64,000 nt of DNA from an uncultured Verrucomicrobiae bacterium (GTDB lineage: Bacteria > Verrucomicrobiota > Verrucomicrobiia > Chthoniobacterales > JAFAMB01): positions 480,001-544,000 of the forward strand of contig CAWAIK010000003.1 of assembly GCA_963782115.1 (NCBI GenBank). The letters are read 5' to 3'. The notes below the pieces were generated by a model. That model was given only the letters and a program-made list of their open reading frames with translations. It was not told the origin of the DNA and made no database searches. The position numbers were made by a program, and so were the translations under genes. The stretch's first letter is position 1, and each line of letters begins with the position of its first letter. Shown piece by piece: positions 24,110-35,314 of the stretch.

Positions 24110-24383
24110 CGGTCTTCAGGCGGTTTCCACCCTTCCAAAGTCCGCGAACACGAACGGGTAACCGTCTTTCATCTGGATATTTGTAGGGAATCTTTCCGCC
24201 CAACACTTTGCGCCATTCATAGAAACCATCGACTGGAATCAGGCCTCGGCGTTTCTTGAAAGCCTCCCGGTACGATGGTGCGGTGTCGACGGTTTCAACC
24301 CGGGCGTTTATGGTCTTGTACGCAATCTTTTCATTCCTTCGACCATGATGGAATGAGACCCCATTTGAGAGCGTCGGCCGCAC
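24110..24383 (-). pseudogene. SOS response-associated peptidase (SRAP) fragment
   Basis: TINARVETV..PSYREAFKKRRGLIPVDGFYEW. Confidence 0.8.
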
Positions 24384-24501
24384 AAATCGTCCCGGAACTG
24401 GCGATTTTAGCTATCCAAGAACGTCGCTGTTGGTGCAATGAACTAACCACTCTACGTCCACCCGCCAACTGAACAGGCGGGGACGCCTGCTCCTTGGCGT
24501 C

Positions 24502-24834
24502 TCAGTCCTTTGTCCCCGCCTCCGTCAGCGTCCGTGCAGCGATCGCCGACGCGGAGATTGCCGCAGGGAAGCCGGCATAAAACGCAACATGCGTAATGAG
24601 CGCCGCCAGTTCGTCGCGAGTTACGCCATTGTCGCACGCTCGCCGCAAGTGGGCAGGTAACTGCTCCGGCCGATAGAGTGCGACCAGCGCGGCGACCGTG
24701 GCAATGCTCCGATCGCGCGGGCTCAACGCCGGATCGGCCCACACGTCGCTGAAAAGCGGGTTATCGACGAGTGCGGTGAGTTGGGGGGTGAAGGCATGGG
24801 CCATTTCCCGTGGCGATGGCTCTGGCTTGCTCAT
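24502..24834 (-). CDS. Carboxymuconolactone decarboxylase family protein
   Basis: LFSDVW..LSPRDRS..HLRRA..ITHVAFYAGFP. Confidence 0.88.
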   Translation of the reverse strand: MSKPEPSPREMAHAFTPQLTALVDNPLFSDVWADPALSPRDRSIATVAALVALYRPEQLPAHLRRACDNGVTRDELAALITHVAFYAGFPAAISASAIAARTLTEAGTKD

Positions 24835-25182
24835 CGTAGGACATCGCACATTATAAATGAATAGGAGAGCCCCGGTTTTTAACGTCCTTCCGGCGGGTCA
24901 AACACTTGCTCATGAGACGCAAAGAAACTCTTCAACGAAGCGATCGCAGAGTTGATTGCCAATGGGGATCTCTGGGAACTTCACGATGCTCTGGTTTCAC
25001 AACGCCCACTTTGTTCCCGTGGCCGGGTCGGTAAGGAACGGTCTAGCCGGAGGCTACGGAGCAATGGGCGTCTGGCCAATCAGGAACTCGTTTGCAGAAG
25101 TCTGGGCCTGGTTGGAATGTCACGCATTCCTGCTTCTTGACCACGAATCCGCCACGCAGCTAAAAATAAACCGAGGTTGCTT

Positions 25183-26160
25183 ATGCCAATCATGAAGGCG
25201 GTAGTCATTCACGAACCTGGGGGGCCGGAGGTCCTGAAGGTCGAGAGCATTCCGATCCCCACACCACTTGCGGGGCAAGTATTGATTCGGGTTAAGGCCT
25301 TTGGGATCAACCGCTCAGAAATGTTCACTCGGCAGGGCCACTCGCCTGGAGTGAGATTCCCGCGAGTGCTTGGGATTGAGGCGGTTGGCTTGGTAGAAGA
25401 GGTTCCCGGAGATGAGTTTCGTAAAGGCGATATAGTCGCAACTGCGATGGGAGGCATGGGTCGTGCCTTCGACGGAGGATACGCCGAATACGCGTGCGTC
25501 CCTGCCGCTCAGGTGCAGGCAATTCAAACGAGACTCCCGTGGGAGATCCTGGGAGCGATACCAGAGATGTTGCAGACCGCCTGGGGCTCTCTCTTCAAGT
25601 CGCTTGGTTTAGCAGAAGGCGAACGGCTGCTGATCCGCGGCGGCACGACATCGGTCGGACTTGCTGCGGCGGCCATCGCGAAGAACCATCGGGCCTTCGT
25701 CGCAGCGACCACTCGCAATCCGGGCCACACCGAACTGCTGCGTTCAACCGGTGTGGACGATGTCATCGTGGATGCCGGTTCCATCGCGGACGAGGTCCGG
25801 CGCAAATTTCCCGGAGGCGTCGACAAGGTGCTCGAGATGATCGGAACCGTGACGCTCGAGGACTCGTTGCAGTGCGCGAAGCAGGGCGGCATTGTGTGCA
25901 TGACCGGGATTGTCGGAAACAAGTGGTCATTCGATCAGTTCTCGCCCATGGAGGCCATTCCCACGGCAGTTTGCCTGACGGTGTACGCCGGCGACTCGGA
26001 GGACTTTATGCGGACGCCGCTCAATGAACTGGCCAGGCAGATCGAGGCAGGCAGGCTTTGTGTTCAGATAGCAAAGACCTTTCATTTGGATGATATCGTG
26101 CTGGCTCATCGCCTGATGGAAGAAAACAAAGCCGGTGGAAAGATCGTTGTTCTCACCTGA
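25183..26160 (+). CDS. MDR-family quinone oxidoreductase / zinc-binding dehydrogenase-like
   Basis: GGPEVL, VLIRVKAFGINRS, RGGTTSVG and GKIVV motifs. Confidence 0.9.
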   Translation: MPIMKAVVIHEPGGPEVLKVESIPIPTPLAGQVLIRVKAFGINRSEMFTRQGHSPGVRFPRVLGIEAVGLVEEVPGDEFRKGDIVATAMGGMGRAFDGGYAEYACVPAAQVQAIQTRLPWEILGAIPEMLQTAWGSLFKSLGLAEGERLLIRGGTTSVGLAAAAIAKNHRAFVAATTRNPGHTELLRSTGVDDVIVDAGSIADEVRRKFPGGVDKVLEMIGTVTLEDSLQCAKQGGIVCMTGIVGNKWSFDQFSPMEAIPTAVCLTVYAGDSEDFMRTPLNELARQIEAGRLCVQIAKTFHLDDIVLAHRLMEENKAGGKIVVLT

Positions 26161-26191
26161 GCGTGCCTGCCGAGCCGAAACAAAATACCTC

Positions 26192-26398
26192 TTACCCCAG
26201 AGCTTCCTTGCTTTCGAAATGGTAGTAGAGCGCTCCCTTCGTGACGTTGGTGGCGGCCAGAATTGCATCTATTCCGGCACTCTGGAAGCCGTGTCTGTAA
26301 ACTTCGCGAAAACCCGCTTGCAGCAAGCGTTCCCGCGTCCGCTCAGGATTGCGCAGCCTCGGCGCTCTACGTTTTGGATTCTGGCGTGCCACCAACAT
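26192..26398 (-). pseudogene. TetR regulator, N-terminal HTH fragment
   Basis: TRERLLQAG...GALYYHFESKEAL, then stop. Confidence 0.8.
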
Positions 26399-26736
26399 AC
26401 CAACCCTTATGTATGTTAGCTTTCACGGTGTCAAGAGAAGGATCATCATCCGGGTTTTTGTAGGCATTTGTCGCAAAACTCTCGGTTTTGGTAGATTCTC
26501 GCGTCAACCCACCCACCCCACCGCTTTGCACCAATTCGCTAATCACGTCTGCCCGTTGACTGTGGTAGTAGCTTCATTCCCAATTTGACCATGCCCGTTG
26601 GTCAGTGCTCAAACTCATGAAGCCCATTGGTCATCCGAATGCTATTGCAGATTTCGTATGTCCGCGCAGAGGGTTGCTCGATCTTCGAAGGTGACTGATG
26701 CAGACAATTCAATAGATTCCGGAAGGAAGGCATAAC

Positions 26737-26994
26737 ATGCTGAACCTCAGTTTCCGTCGCCTCAGGGCACGATTTACGCTGCTGGCTGTAGTTGCTTTAT
26801 CCGCGCTGCTGTTGCGTTCTGTGGCATTCGCTCAGACCTCAGTATCAAACGGCAGCATTTCTGGCACGGTGACTGACACCACCGGGGCAGTCGTTCCCAA
26901 CGCCAAAGTCACCATAACCGGGCCCACTGGGCAAACCGTTCGCGCCAACACCAGCGACGCTGGAACGTATTCTTCCGGCGCTCTGATTCCGGGC
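26737..26994 (+). pseudogene. N-terminus of a TonB-dependent receptor-like protein (carboxypeptidase-regulatory-like domain), interrupted
   Basis: Signal peptide followed by GSISGTVTDTTGAVVPNAKVTIT. Confidence 0.75.
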
Positions 26995-27350
26995 TGTCCT
27001 CCGCAAAAAAATAGGATCCCACGATTTTGGCCAAAGCCGGAAGGGATTTGTGGCATGATTGCGATGCCATGCCTGCTGCCCGCATCTTCTTTCAGTTGAT
27101 CGCTGACTTCGTCGTCTATCTCGGTCTACTCATCCGGCCGAGAAAAGCGATCGCCGCTGAGAATCTCTTTCTACGTCGGCAGCTCGCACTGTACCAAGAG
27201 CGCAAAGTGGGCCCGCGGCGAATCGATCCCGCGTACGCGCATTACGTTGGCTCTGCTCTCAAGATTATTCAACTGGCGCGATGCGCTCATTGTGGTTCAA
27301 CCGAAGACGTTGATTCGCTGGCATCGAGCCGGGTTTCGACTTTTGTGGTA
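26995..27350 (+). mobile_element. 5' remnant of an integrase-core (IS3/IS481-like) element
   Basis: Begins TGT at the break in the receptor gene; AENLFLRRQLAL and, after a frameshift, VVQPKTLIRWHRAGFR. Confidence 0.6.
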
Positions 27351-27410
27351 CATTGGACGACAACTTACGCGGGCCTGAATTGGGTGGCTCGAGTTTCGAG
27401 CCCTGCCCTG

Positions 27411-28742
27411 ATGACCAACGATTTGCCCGCTACCGCCTCCACCCCGCCAGAGACACCGGCTGAGGATGCCTTGCCTGTTCGACAACGTGCTACCGCCGCC
27501 GAAACGCGCCTGACTCCCGCTGAGTGGGGACTGCTTTCCATCCTGACGTTGATGCAGTTCAGCGTCACCATCGACTTCATCATCATCGCGCCACTCGGTC
27601 CGCAGTTGATGCACGTGTTCGGGATCGACACCGCCCAGTTCGGCCGGACTGTGGCCGCCTATGCTTTCGGTGCGGGGCTCTCCAGCTTTTCGGCGGCGTT
27701 CTTTCTGGATCGTTTTGATCGCAAGCGCGTTCTGCTGGTGCTCTTCACCGGTTTCACGGTCGGTACGTTTTGCTGCGCGTTGGCACCAGGGTACCATGCG
27801 ATGCTCGCGGCCCGATTCATGACGGGGGTCTTCGGAGGCGTTTGCGGCGGCGTGGTGCTGGCCATCGTGGGAGACGCTATCCCGGAGATTCGCCGCGCTA
27901 CGGCGATGGGTACCGTGATGAGTGCCTTTGCCTTGGCGTCCGCGCTCGGGGTGCCCGCCGGGCTGTGGATGGCCGAGCGCGGCTGGCACTGGCCATTCTT
28001 GATCCTGGGGATCCTCTGCGCGGTGATCATCCCCTTTGCCATCTGGCTATTGCCGCGCTCGGACAGTCATTTGCGTCAGGCGGCGAGTACCGAGTCCGCC
28101 GGTGAGCGGATGTGGGCGATCCTGGCGAACGGCAAGCACCTACGTGCTTTCAGCCTGATGGCTGGGCTGACGACTGCCGGGTTCATGGTGGTGCCGTTTA
28201 TCAGCACGTTCATGGTACGCAACGTCGGCATGACCGAGTCGCAGCTCAAATACATCTTCCTCAGTGGAGGTCTCTGCACGCTGTTTTCCATGAACCTGAT
28301 CGGCCGCCTCGCGGACATGTACGGACGCATGCGGCTCTTCACGATCATGGCGATCCTTTCGTCGGGTGCCGTGTTATGGCTGACGCATCTCAGCTCAGAG
28401 CCGATCCTGCTCACTGTCGCGGTGACCAGCGTGTTCATGGTCACGATGACGGGGCGGTTCGTCCCGGCCATTGTGATGATCACTGGCAGCGTGGAAGCCC
28501 GGCATCGGGGCGGCTTCATGAGCCTGAACTCCTGCGTGCAGCAGACGTTCTCGGGCCTCGGGACGAGCTTTGGCGGCTACCTGATCATCGACCAGGTGCG
28601 CCAGCCCTTGCAAAATTACGGACTGATCGGCTGGATCGCACCTGGGATCGCTATCGCCTGTATCGGATTGGCCGCCCGCCTACGTCGGCCACCTGCCTCG
28701 GCGTCTTCGCCTGATGCCGCGACTGCGGAAATCATGGGGTGA
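27411..28742 (+). CDS. MFS transporter
   Basis: About 12 TM; DRFDRKR and GRLADMYGR motif-A loops. Confidence 0.88.
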   Translation: MTNDLPATASTPPETPAEDALPVRQRATAAETRLTPAEWGLLSILTLMQFSVTIDFIIIAPLGPQLMHVFGIDTAQFGRTVAAYAFGAGLSSFSAAFFLDRFDRKRVLLVLFTGFTVGTFCCALAPGYHAMLAARFMTGVFGGVCGGVVLAIVGDAIPEIRRATAMGTVMSAFALASALGVPAGLWMAERGWHWPFLILGILCAVIIPFAIWLLPRSDSHLRQAASTESAGERMWAILANGKHLRAFSLMAGLTTAGFMVVPFISTFMVRNVGMTESQLKYIFLSGGLCTLFSMNLIGRLADMYGRMRLFTIMAILSSGAVLWLTHLSSEPILLTVAVTSVFMVTMTGRFVPAIVMITGSVEARHRGGFMSLNSCVQQTFSGLGTSFGGYLIIDQVRQPLQNYGLIGWIAPGIAIACIGLAARLRRPPASASSPDAATAEIMG

Positions 28743-29034
28743 GTGACCACCCCACGGCGGGAGTTGATTCTTGCCGCGGCTTCTCTGTAGGCTGCCCTCA
28801 TGTCAGCCCCGTTGCTCTCCCAACCCAAGCGCCTGCACCAGATGAACCGCTTGGAGGACGTGGGGCCCTTTCCCGGTGGTGGTTTAAATGGGAGCAACGA
28901 CCAAGGTGACGGTCTCATGCTGGCGATCCCGGCTTACGCCGTTGAGCTGTTTCGGTACCGGGGCACGGCTAAGGATGGCGGAACGCTTGAATACATCTTT
29001 GAAACCGATCGACTAGACCTTCGGGCGACTGAAA

Positions 29035-29165
29035 GGGACCCAAGCCGTGAGGGCCAAAGAAAACTAGGCACGTATCGAATTGGCCAAGCGCCTCTTCAAT
29101 TGCGGGCTGCCAAGACTCGCCGGGGATCAGATTCCAGTCGTCCAACCAGCAGGCTAGACCTGAGC
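29035..29165 (-). pseudogene. TIR-domain fragment
   Basis: GLACWLDDWNLIPGESWQPAIEEALGQFDTCLVFFGPHGLGP. Confidence 0.7.
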
Positions 29166-29173
29166 ACCAAGAT

Positions 29174-29260
29174 CGGTATGCGGAGGCCGAGTCTCTTTTT
29201 AAACGAGCGCTGGAAATCCGGGAGAAGGCTTTTGGACCAGAACACCCGGACATAGCATGA
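29174..29260 (+). pseudogene. TPR (kinesin-light-chain type) fragment
   Basis: RYAEAESLFKRALEIREKAFGPEHPDIA*. Confidence 0.7.
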
Positions 29261-29370
29261 GTCTCAACAGCTTGGGTGCGCTTCGTGCGCGCCAAAGCCG
29301 ATTTGCAGAGGCAGAGTCCTTATTTAACTGGGCGCTGGCATGGATCGAAAGATTTTGTTCGATATTTTGG

Positions 29371-30932
29371 GGCACTCCGCTGTCTTCTGTGGATAGCTTA
29401 ATTGGGTAGGTTTAGCCACGTATAGCGCTACGCTACGCCTGTTCAAGGTCGAATCCGGCATAAACGGCCTCCTCCCCACTTCGTGGGTCCCCTCCATTTA
29501 TTCCGTTTCTCGCTTGAGCAGGCTTCGCTCCGCGCTGGGAAGGTTACTGCCTTTTGCGTTCGATAGCCCTTAGCTCGTTCCTCGCTACGGTCTCTCAAGC
29601 GCAAAAACTGTTGGTACTTTGTTCGGGGAGCAAAACAGGGGGTGGATTTGCATTTTGAGTGACCGTGGACTCAATAAGAAGGATGACACCGGAGGAACTT
29701 TTTACCGCAGCACTGGGATTGGGTCGCCAATGGCGAGTAGCCCAATGCCGCTTTGAGGGAGAACCGAAACGCTTGGAATTGCGACTCGAGCACGTGCCCG
29801 GGGAACATTTCGAGTGTCCGGTCTGCAAAGACTTGTGTGGAATTCACGACACGATCGAACGGCGCTGGCGGCATATGGACTTTTTCCAATATCGCTGCGA
29901 ACTGGTGGCTAGAGTGCCACGCACTTGGTGTCGCAAGGACGGGGTCCATCAGGTGCAGGTGCCCTGGGCCCGAGAAGGCAGCGGTTTCACCCTGATGATG
30001 GAAGCGCTCATGATGCTGCTCAGCGCGGAGATGCCCGTCGATGCGATGGCCGATTTGCTCGATGAGCACGATACCCGTCTGTGGCGAGTGTTGATGCACT
30101 ATGTGGAGCAAGCACACGCCAAGAGCGACTGGAGGGCCGTCCGACGGATTGCCGTCGATGAGACCAGTGCCCGGCGCGGGCACCGCTACGTGACCAATGT
30201 GCTGGATGCCGAGAACTCACGTTTGCTCCTCATGGTCGAGGGACGCAGCGCAGAGGCCCTCGCGGCCTTTGCCACGGCGCTGGTCGAGCACGGTGGCGAT
30301 CCCTCCCAGATCGAGGCGATTGCCATGGATATGAGCCCTGCCTATGTGAAGGGAGCTACGGAATATTTTCCTGGTGCCAGGATCGTCTTCGACAAGTTCC
30401 ACGTCATGGTACTGGCCGGCGCAGCATTTGATAAGGTGCGCTACGAGCTTCAGCGCGAGGGAGCCGATCTCAAAGGAGCGATGTGGAGCTTGCGCGGCAA
30501 CACTTGGAACCTCAGTGAGGATCGTCAAGAGCAACGTAAAAATCTCTGTCGTCAGTATACCAAACTTGGCCGTGCGATGAGTCTGCGTGAGACTCTCCAA
30601 GCCATTTACGCAAACTCTGACCGCCAGGTGGCCGAAGCTGAACTTCACTGGTGGTGTGGCTGGGCCGCGCGCAGTCGCCTCAGCCCCTTCCGCGATTTAG
30701 CCAAGACCGTTCGCAAGCATTGGGAAGGGATCCTAGCCTACTTCGACACCCGACTGACTTCCGCAGCCATCGAGGCCGTAAACGGCGTCATCCAACTAGC
30801 CAAACGAATGGCGCGCGGGTTTAGAAACTTCGTCTACTTCAGAACCGCCGCCTATCACCGAGCCGGTAAGCTCAATTTGGCTGTCCCAACTATGACTTAA
30901 TTCGAACTATCCACAGAAAACAGCGAAGGAGC
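29371..30932 (+). mobile_element. Complete ISL3-family element
   Basis: Imperfect IRs sharing CGCTGTYTTCTGTGGATAG; 8-bp TSD TATTTTGG at 29363-29370 and 30933-30940. Confidence 0.92.
29659..30900 (+). CDS. ISL3 transposase
   Basis: CPVC zinc finger, VDET, MDMS, FDKFHV and EAVNGVIQ..KRMARGFRN. Confidence 0.95.
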   Translation: MTVDSIRRMTPEELFTAALGLGRQWRVAQCRFEGEPKRLELRLEHVPGEHFECPVCKDLCGIHDTIERRWRHMDFFQYRCELVARVPRTWCRKDGVHQVQVPWAREGSGFTLMMEALMMLLSAEMPVDAMADLLDEHDTRLWRVLMHYVEQAHAKSDWRAVRRIAVDETSARRGHRYVTNVLDAENSRLLLMVEGRSAEALAAFATALVEHGGDPSQIEAIAMDMSPAYVKGATEYFPGARIVFDKFHVMVLAGAAFDKVRYELQREGADLKGAMWSLRGNTWNLSEDRQEQRKNLCRQYTKLGRAMSLRETLQAIYANSDRQVAEAELHWWCGWAARSRLSPFRDLAKTVRKHWEGILAYFDTRLTSAAIEAVNGVIQLAKRMARGFRNFVYFRTAAYHRAGKLNLAVPTMT

Positions 30933-31159
30933 TATTTTGGCATCCCGAGTCTTTTAACCCTTCTCCAGCTTCACCCCATCCGCGCTCGAACTTGGCCAAG
31001 GCGACAAACTTAGGTCAGTAGTCGCCCTACCAATTAGCACCGGCGGCCTTCACGAAATAAAAATCATCTGATAGATTTTCGCTGACGGCAAGGCTTTGCC
31101 GTGGTGCCATCTGCCTTCGCACTTGACGCGGGCCAAGTCCCCGATCGTAGAGTACGGCC

Positions 31160-32035
31160 ATGTTTGTGATACTAGGAGCGAGCGGTAAGGTCGGGCGGAC
31201 GACGATCAAACAACTCCGCTCTCAAGGAGCACCTGTCAGGGCCGTGGTGCGTCAGAGTTCCAACGCTGACGACCTTAGTGCGTCGGGATGCGAGATCGCG
31301 GTAGCGGATCTGAACGAGACGGCAGCCATAAAGATCGCAATTAGGGGTGCGGATGCGGTTCAAGTCATTTGCCCAGTCCAAGCGCAGGCGGAGGATGCGG
31401 CCGGAGCGATGGGAAAGACGATCGATGCGATTGCCAGCGCTCTCACTGAGATTCGGCCGGCCAAAGTGTTGGCGATCTCGGACTATGGTGCTCAGGTGAG
31501 CGATGGAACCGGGATCACTATGATCTTTCATTACTTGGAAGAACAGTTTCGCCGGTTGCCAAGCACGGTCACGTTTCTCCGCTCGGCTGAGCATATGCAG
31601 AATTGGGCCAGGGTGATCAAAGTGGCTTCTGAGACCGGTGCGTTGCCAAGCTTGCACCATCCGGTTAGCAAACGGTTTCCTACCGTCTCAGCCCAGGATG
31701 TTGGCCGTATCGCAGCACAACTTTTGACGGATGGGGTGACGGTTTCGGCGCCGCGAGTTGTGCACGCTGAAGGACCGCGTCGTTATGATTCTAATGAAGT
31801 GGCGGCAACCCTGGGCAATATTTTTGGGCGGGAGGTTGTCGCTCGCGAACTTCCTCAATCAGATTGGATCCCGATGTTGACTCGAGCGGGTGCTGGCCCA
31901 AGTTACGCGAGATTGGTTTTCGATCTTTATGTGGCGCATAACGCCGGGCGCATCGATGTCGAGCCGGGAGCTACTGATATCCGGTTTGGGACAACGGAAT
32001 TGAGGGATGTATTTACTTCTTTGTTAGGGCGGTGA
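31160..32035 (+). CDS. NmrA-family NAD(P)-binding protein
   Basis: ILGASGKVG Rossmann motif. Confidence 0.85.
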   Translation: MFVILGASGKVGRTTIKQLRSQGAPVRAVVRQSSNADDLSASGCEIAVADLNETAAIKIAIRGADAVQVICPVQAQAEDAAGAMGKTIDAIASALTEIRPAKVLAISDYGAQVSDGTGITMIFHYLEEQFRRLPSTVTFLRSAEHMQNWARVIKVASETGALPSLHHPVSKRFPTVSAQDVGRIAAQLLTDGVTVSAPRVVHAEGPRRYDSNEVAATLGNIFGREVVARELPQSDWIPMLTRAGAGPSYARLVFDLYVAHNAGRIDVEPGATDIRFGTTELRDVFTSLLGR

Positions 32036-32738
32036 TGACAGCGAGGATTACCGGTTGTTGCTGAAACAGAGGATCACAAAGAATCCGGTACGTGTTGCCA
32101 CGCCCCACACCGGCCTGTCGGTGGAGATAGCATGTTTCAAGCGCAGAAGTAAGCGCATTCGGAATTCGGACACGCAACTCCCCTCCCCCACTGTGAAAGG
32201 AGCGTCCTGTCAGCTTATGTTAAGCCATGCTACACGCAGACGTCTCTTGCATCATTTTCAGGCAGTATCGCACAGCGTCGGGTCGAGGGCTCTCCTTTTT
32301 GCACACCCGGGGCGAACAGAAATAGTATATCCGCCGGTTAAGTTCTGGCGTAACGAGGGGTTTTGGGAGATCGTTTCCGTCGATCAGCGCGGCACACCCA
32401 CAATCCAGGCGTCGCAAGGCCTGCAACAAACGCCCGGGGAGTAAATCAATGCAAACAGGCAGGGGTAGTCTATCTGCAAGCGGCGTGCCAGCGTTTGTCG
32501 CCCCCAGAGCAGGCCGGGCGGAATTGGCGCAAGAGAATGGTGCGTGCTCAAAAGCGCATTAAACTGGGATTTTTATCTCCGTGGAAAGGTAGGACCACCA
32601 ATACATATAAAAACTTTGTACGTAGAGCTGCCACAAAAGATCACACTTTTGCTTCCGCCCAGTTCCACTGGTTTCTACTCCGATGGAAATTCTCCCGGGT
32701 AAAACCCTGGAAAATAGCGGAAAACAGAACCCTAAAAT

Positions 32739-32762
32739 GGGGTTCAAGTCCCCCACCGAGCA
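32739..32762 (+). other. att remnant: tRNA-Leu-like 3' fragment
   Basis: GGGGTTCAAGTCCCCCACCGAGCA (T-arm plus acceptor strand). Confidence 0.6.
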
Positions 32763-33006
32763 GAGGAGGAAATCTAGCCGGCCACAAGAGACCACACCTT
32801 CAATCGATTTCCCTACCGATGGCATTTAACGTTGCGGATTGGGACCGTAAAAAAGTCGACGAACTTTATCTGGGTTGACGGCCCGGCGCGTCCGATGAGA
32901 ATTGGAGCAGCGAAAGAACCTACTGAAACAATGGCAAGTTCGAAGTCCGATATCGCCGCGGAAGGCGTGCACAAAGGCGGACCCCTTTGACCAGTCATAA
33001 AAGGAG

Positions 33007-33572
33007 TTATGTGCACTTAAGCAGCCGCGCCCCCACGCGTCGCTCCGACACATTGGCGGCTTCGACCCGCCGGGCCACCACCATCCCCAGGGTGTCCACG
33101 AGCAGGTGGCGTTTGCGCCCTTTGACCCGTTTGTGCCCATCGAAACCGCGGGCGCCTCCGCGCTCGGTGGTCTTGACCGACTGACTATCCAGGATGACCA
33201 GCGAGGGGCAGGTCAAGCGGCCGCGGCTCAGGCGCGCCTGCTCACGAAGCGCCCGTTGCAGCTCGGCCAAAACGCCCGCATCTTTCCAGGCACGGAAGTA
33301 ATGGTAAACGGTGCCCGGGCGCGGGAACTCGCGGGGTAGCAGGCGCCACTGGCAACCGGTTCGCAGCAGGTAAAAGATCGCGTTAAGGACGGCGCGCAGG
33401 TCGGTCGTGCGTGGCCGCCCACCCAACCGGACGACCGGCAGGTACGGGGCGATCCAGGCCCAGACGGCGTCGTTGAGATCGGAGTCGTAGCATCGGGTGC
33501 TCATGGCTCCGTAATCGCGCAGATGAGCCCTGCTTCGCAAGGGGAGGGTCAAACTTCTCAAACACCCTCTGA
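33007..33572 (-). mobile_element. IS5-family element with 3'-truncated transposase
   Basis: YDSDL..GCQWRLLP..LDSQSVK..GFDGHKRVKGRKRHLLVDTLG. Confidence 0.88.
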
Positions 33573-33780
33573 GGCATGCAGGCTAGCTCGATCGAGTCAA
33601 TAAGAACCGTTCTTGCGAATTATAGAACAAGCCTTAGTTCGGTGCTAGCGTGCCTGAGAACTTCAATACTAACAGTACAGCGAACGACTTACGCGGAATT
33701 AGTTGGAGCGACTACTCCCAATCAACACGTAGTTAGCCTAGTCGTGATTGCGGTATTACAATGCAGTGAACAGAAACGTT

Positions 33781-34080
33781 ATGAAAAGACTCCTGATTTC
33801 GATTTGCGCCAGTTTTACAATGACCGCCGGTGTTGCTCTGGCTCAGGAGTTTACGAGCACCCGGCACGTCGTTCCCCAGACGGAGCCGGCGCGGCCGCCT
33901 GTCGAACAGAATTCGAATTCCTCCTGGTTCATAAAGTTTATGGCGGCTCCAAACAAATTGCAGCTAGTGAACCCGCTGGCGCCTCGACAATATGGCAGCG
34001 GCGCGCAAGTCGTGGTTGCGGACCCTGAAGACTCACAGGAGAGGCCCTATGCCGTGCGATTGTTCTCCATCGCATTTTGA
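33781..34080 (+). CDS. Small secreted hypothetical protein
   Basis: Signal peptide MKRLLISICASFTMTAGVALA. Confidence 0.6.
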   Translation: MKRLLISICASFTMTAGVALAQEFTSTRHVVPQTEPARPPVEQNSNSSWFIKFMAAPNKLQLVNPLAPRQYGSGAQVVVADPEDSQERPYAVRLFSIAF

Positions 34081-34159
34081 CGTAAGGTCGCATTACAACA
34101 TTTCGTATATCGCTATTATAAGTACAGACCTACTCGTGGCCTTCAATCATTCCCACTTT

Positions 34160-34471
34160 ATGTACCCGCGGAAGACAGTTGGCGCGGATGCCATTTACGA
34201 CGAACTGCCTCCTGGCGATGTGATTAAATCCCTTCACCTGGAACGTGCTGCAATAAATCAGGACGAATTTTCGCGAGCGGAGTGGTTTTGGAATCGGCGA
34301 CCGAAGGTTCTATGCGAAACTTTGACTTTTTATTTCTGCTACATAGTCGTCTTTTGTTGTCTTTTCTATCTTGTTCCGAAAAATGTCCCGTTAGTCCTTC
34401 TCTGGTTTGTTGCAGGGGTGGGTTGCGCTTTTGTAGATTGTGTTCGTATTGACCGGTGGAGAAATGAATAA
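34160..34471 (+). CDS. Small membrane hypothetical protein, probably truncated by the IS4 fragment
   Basis: Two C-terminal TM segments. Confidence 0.35.
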   Translation: MYPRKTVGADAIYDELPPGDVIKSLHLERAAINQDEFSRAEWFWNRRPKVLCETLTFYFCYIVVFCCLFYLVPKNVPLVLLWFVAGVGCAFVDCVRIDRWRNE

Positions 34472-34975
34472 CAGAGCGTGATTGATCTGTGTCTGAGCAT
34501 GTACAATTGGGCGACTTTCGGCCAAACCAAGGGAGCGGTGAAATTGCATTTGCTTCTGGATCACGACGGTTACCTGCCAGTCTTCGCGCACCTGACCGAA
34601 GGAAACGTCTATGAGATGACCGTGGCTAAGAGCTTGAATTTTGCGAAGGGCACCGTTGTGGTCATGGATCGGGGCTATGTCGACTACAAACTCTTCGCCC
34701 GCTGGACCAAAGCCGGGATCTTTTTCGTAACCAGACTCAAAGGGAACGCCAATTACTGGGACTTCCAAGATCGGCCTCTACCCAAGGGTGGCAACGTTTT
34801 GAAGGATCAGTTGATTCGGCTTAATCCGATGAGCGCCGGAGCGCCCTGTCGAGAAGACTTGCGCCTGGTGACGGTCTGGGATGAGCGCAATCAATGTGAA
34901 GTTCGGCTGCTAACCAACCAACTGGAATTCGCAGCCAGCACGATTGCCGCCATTTACCGGGAACGCTGGCAGATT
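34472..34975 (+). mobile_element. IS4-family transposase internal fragment
   Basis: GAVKLHLLLD, MDRGYVD and LTN...IYRERWQI. Confidence 0.85.
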
Positions 34976-35314
34976 ACAAATCAAGTATTAAACGAGTTAT
35001 TTTACATCGGTCGGAACGCTAATGCGGTGAACAGTATCAGCAATCACAGTGATGAAGTTCATTGTCCTGGTTTTTGCGATCGCTGGACTGGACGTTCCTC
35101 TCTGAATCTACGGCACGCGCCGGTGTTAGCTTTGCCTTTGGATTCCCTATTCTAATCCCGTCTAGACAGGCGACGAACGGCATAGGGTCCCGAGAATATG
35201 AGAAAACCCGACGCCCGGTAAAGCAATCTCGGCACGGTCTCAACGGCGTGTTGCCCAAATAGGTAAGAAAGAACATCGATAGATAAAGTGACTACTTGAT
35301 AAAATGCTGTTCCC

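Noticed and set aside
27027..28742. 571-aa novel transposase-MFS fusion
   Set aside because: This is chance read-through from an IS remnant. The MFS gene plausibly starts at 27411.
20926..29295. Functional anti-phage system (AAA ATPase, TIR, TPR)
   Set aside because: All three are short, unlinked, truncated fragments in different orientations.
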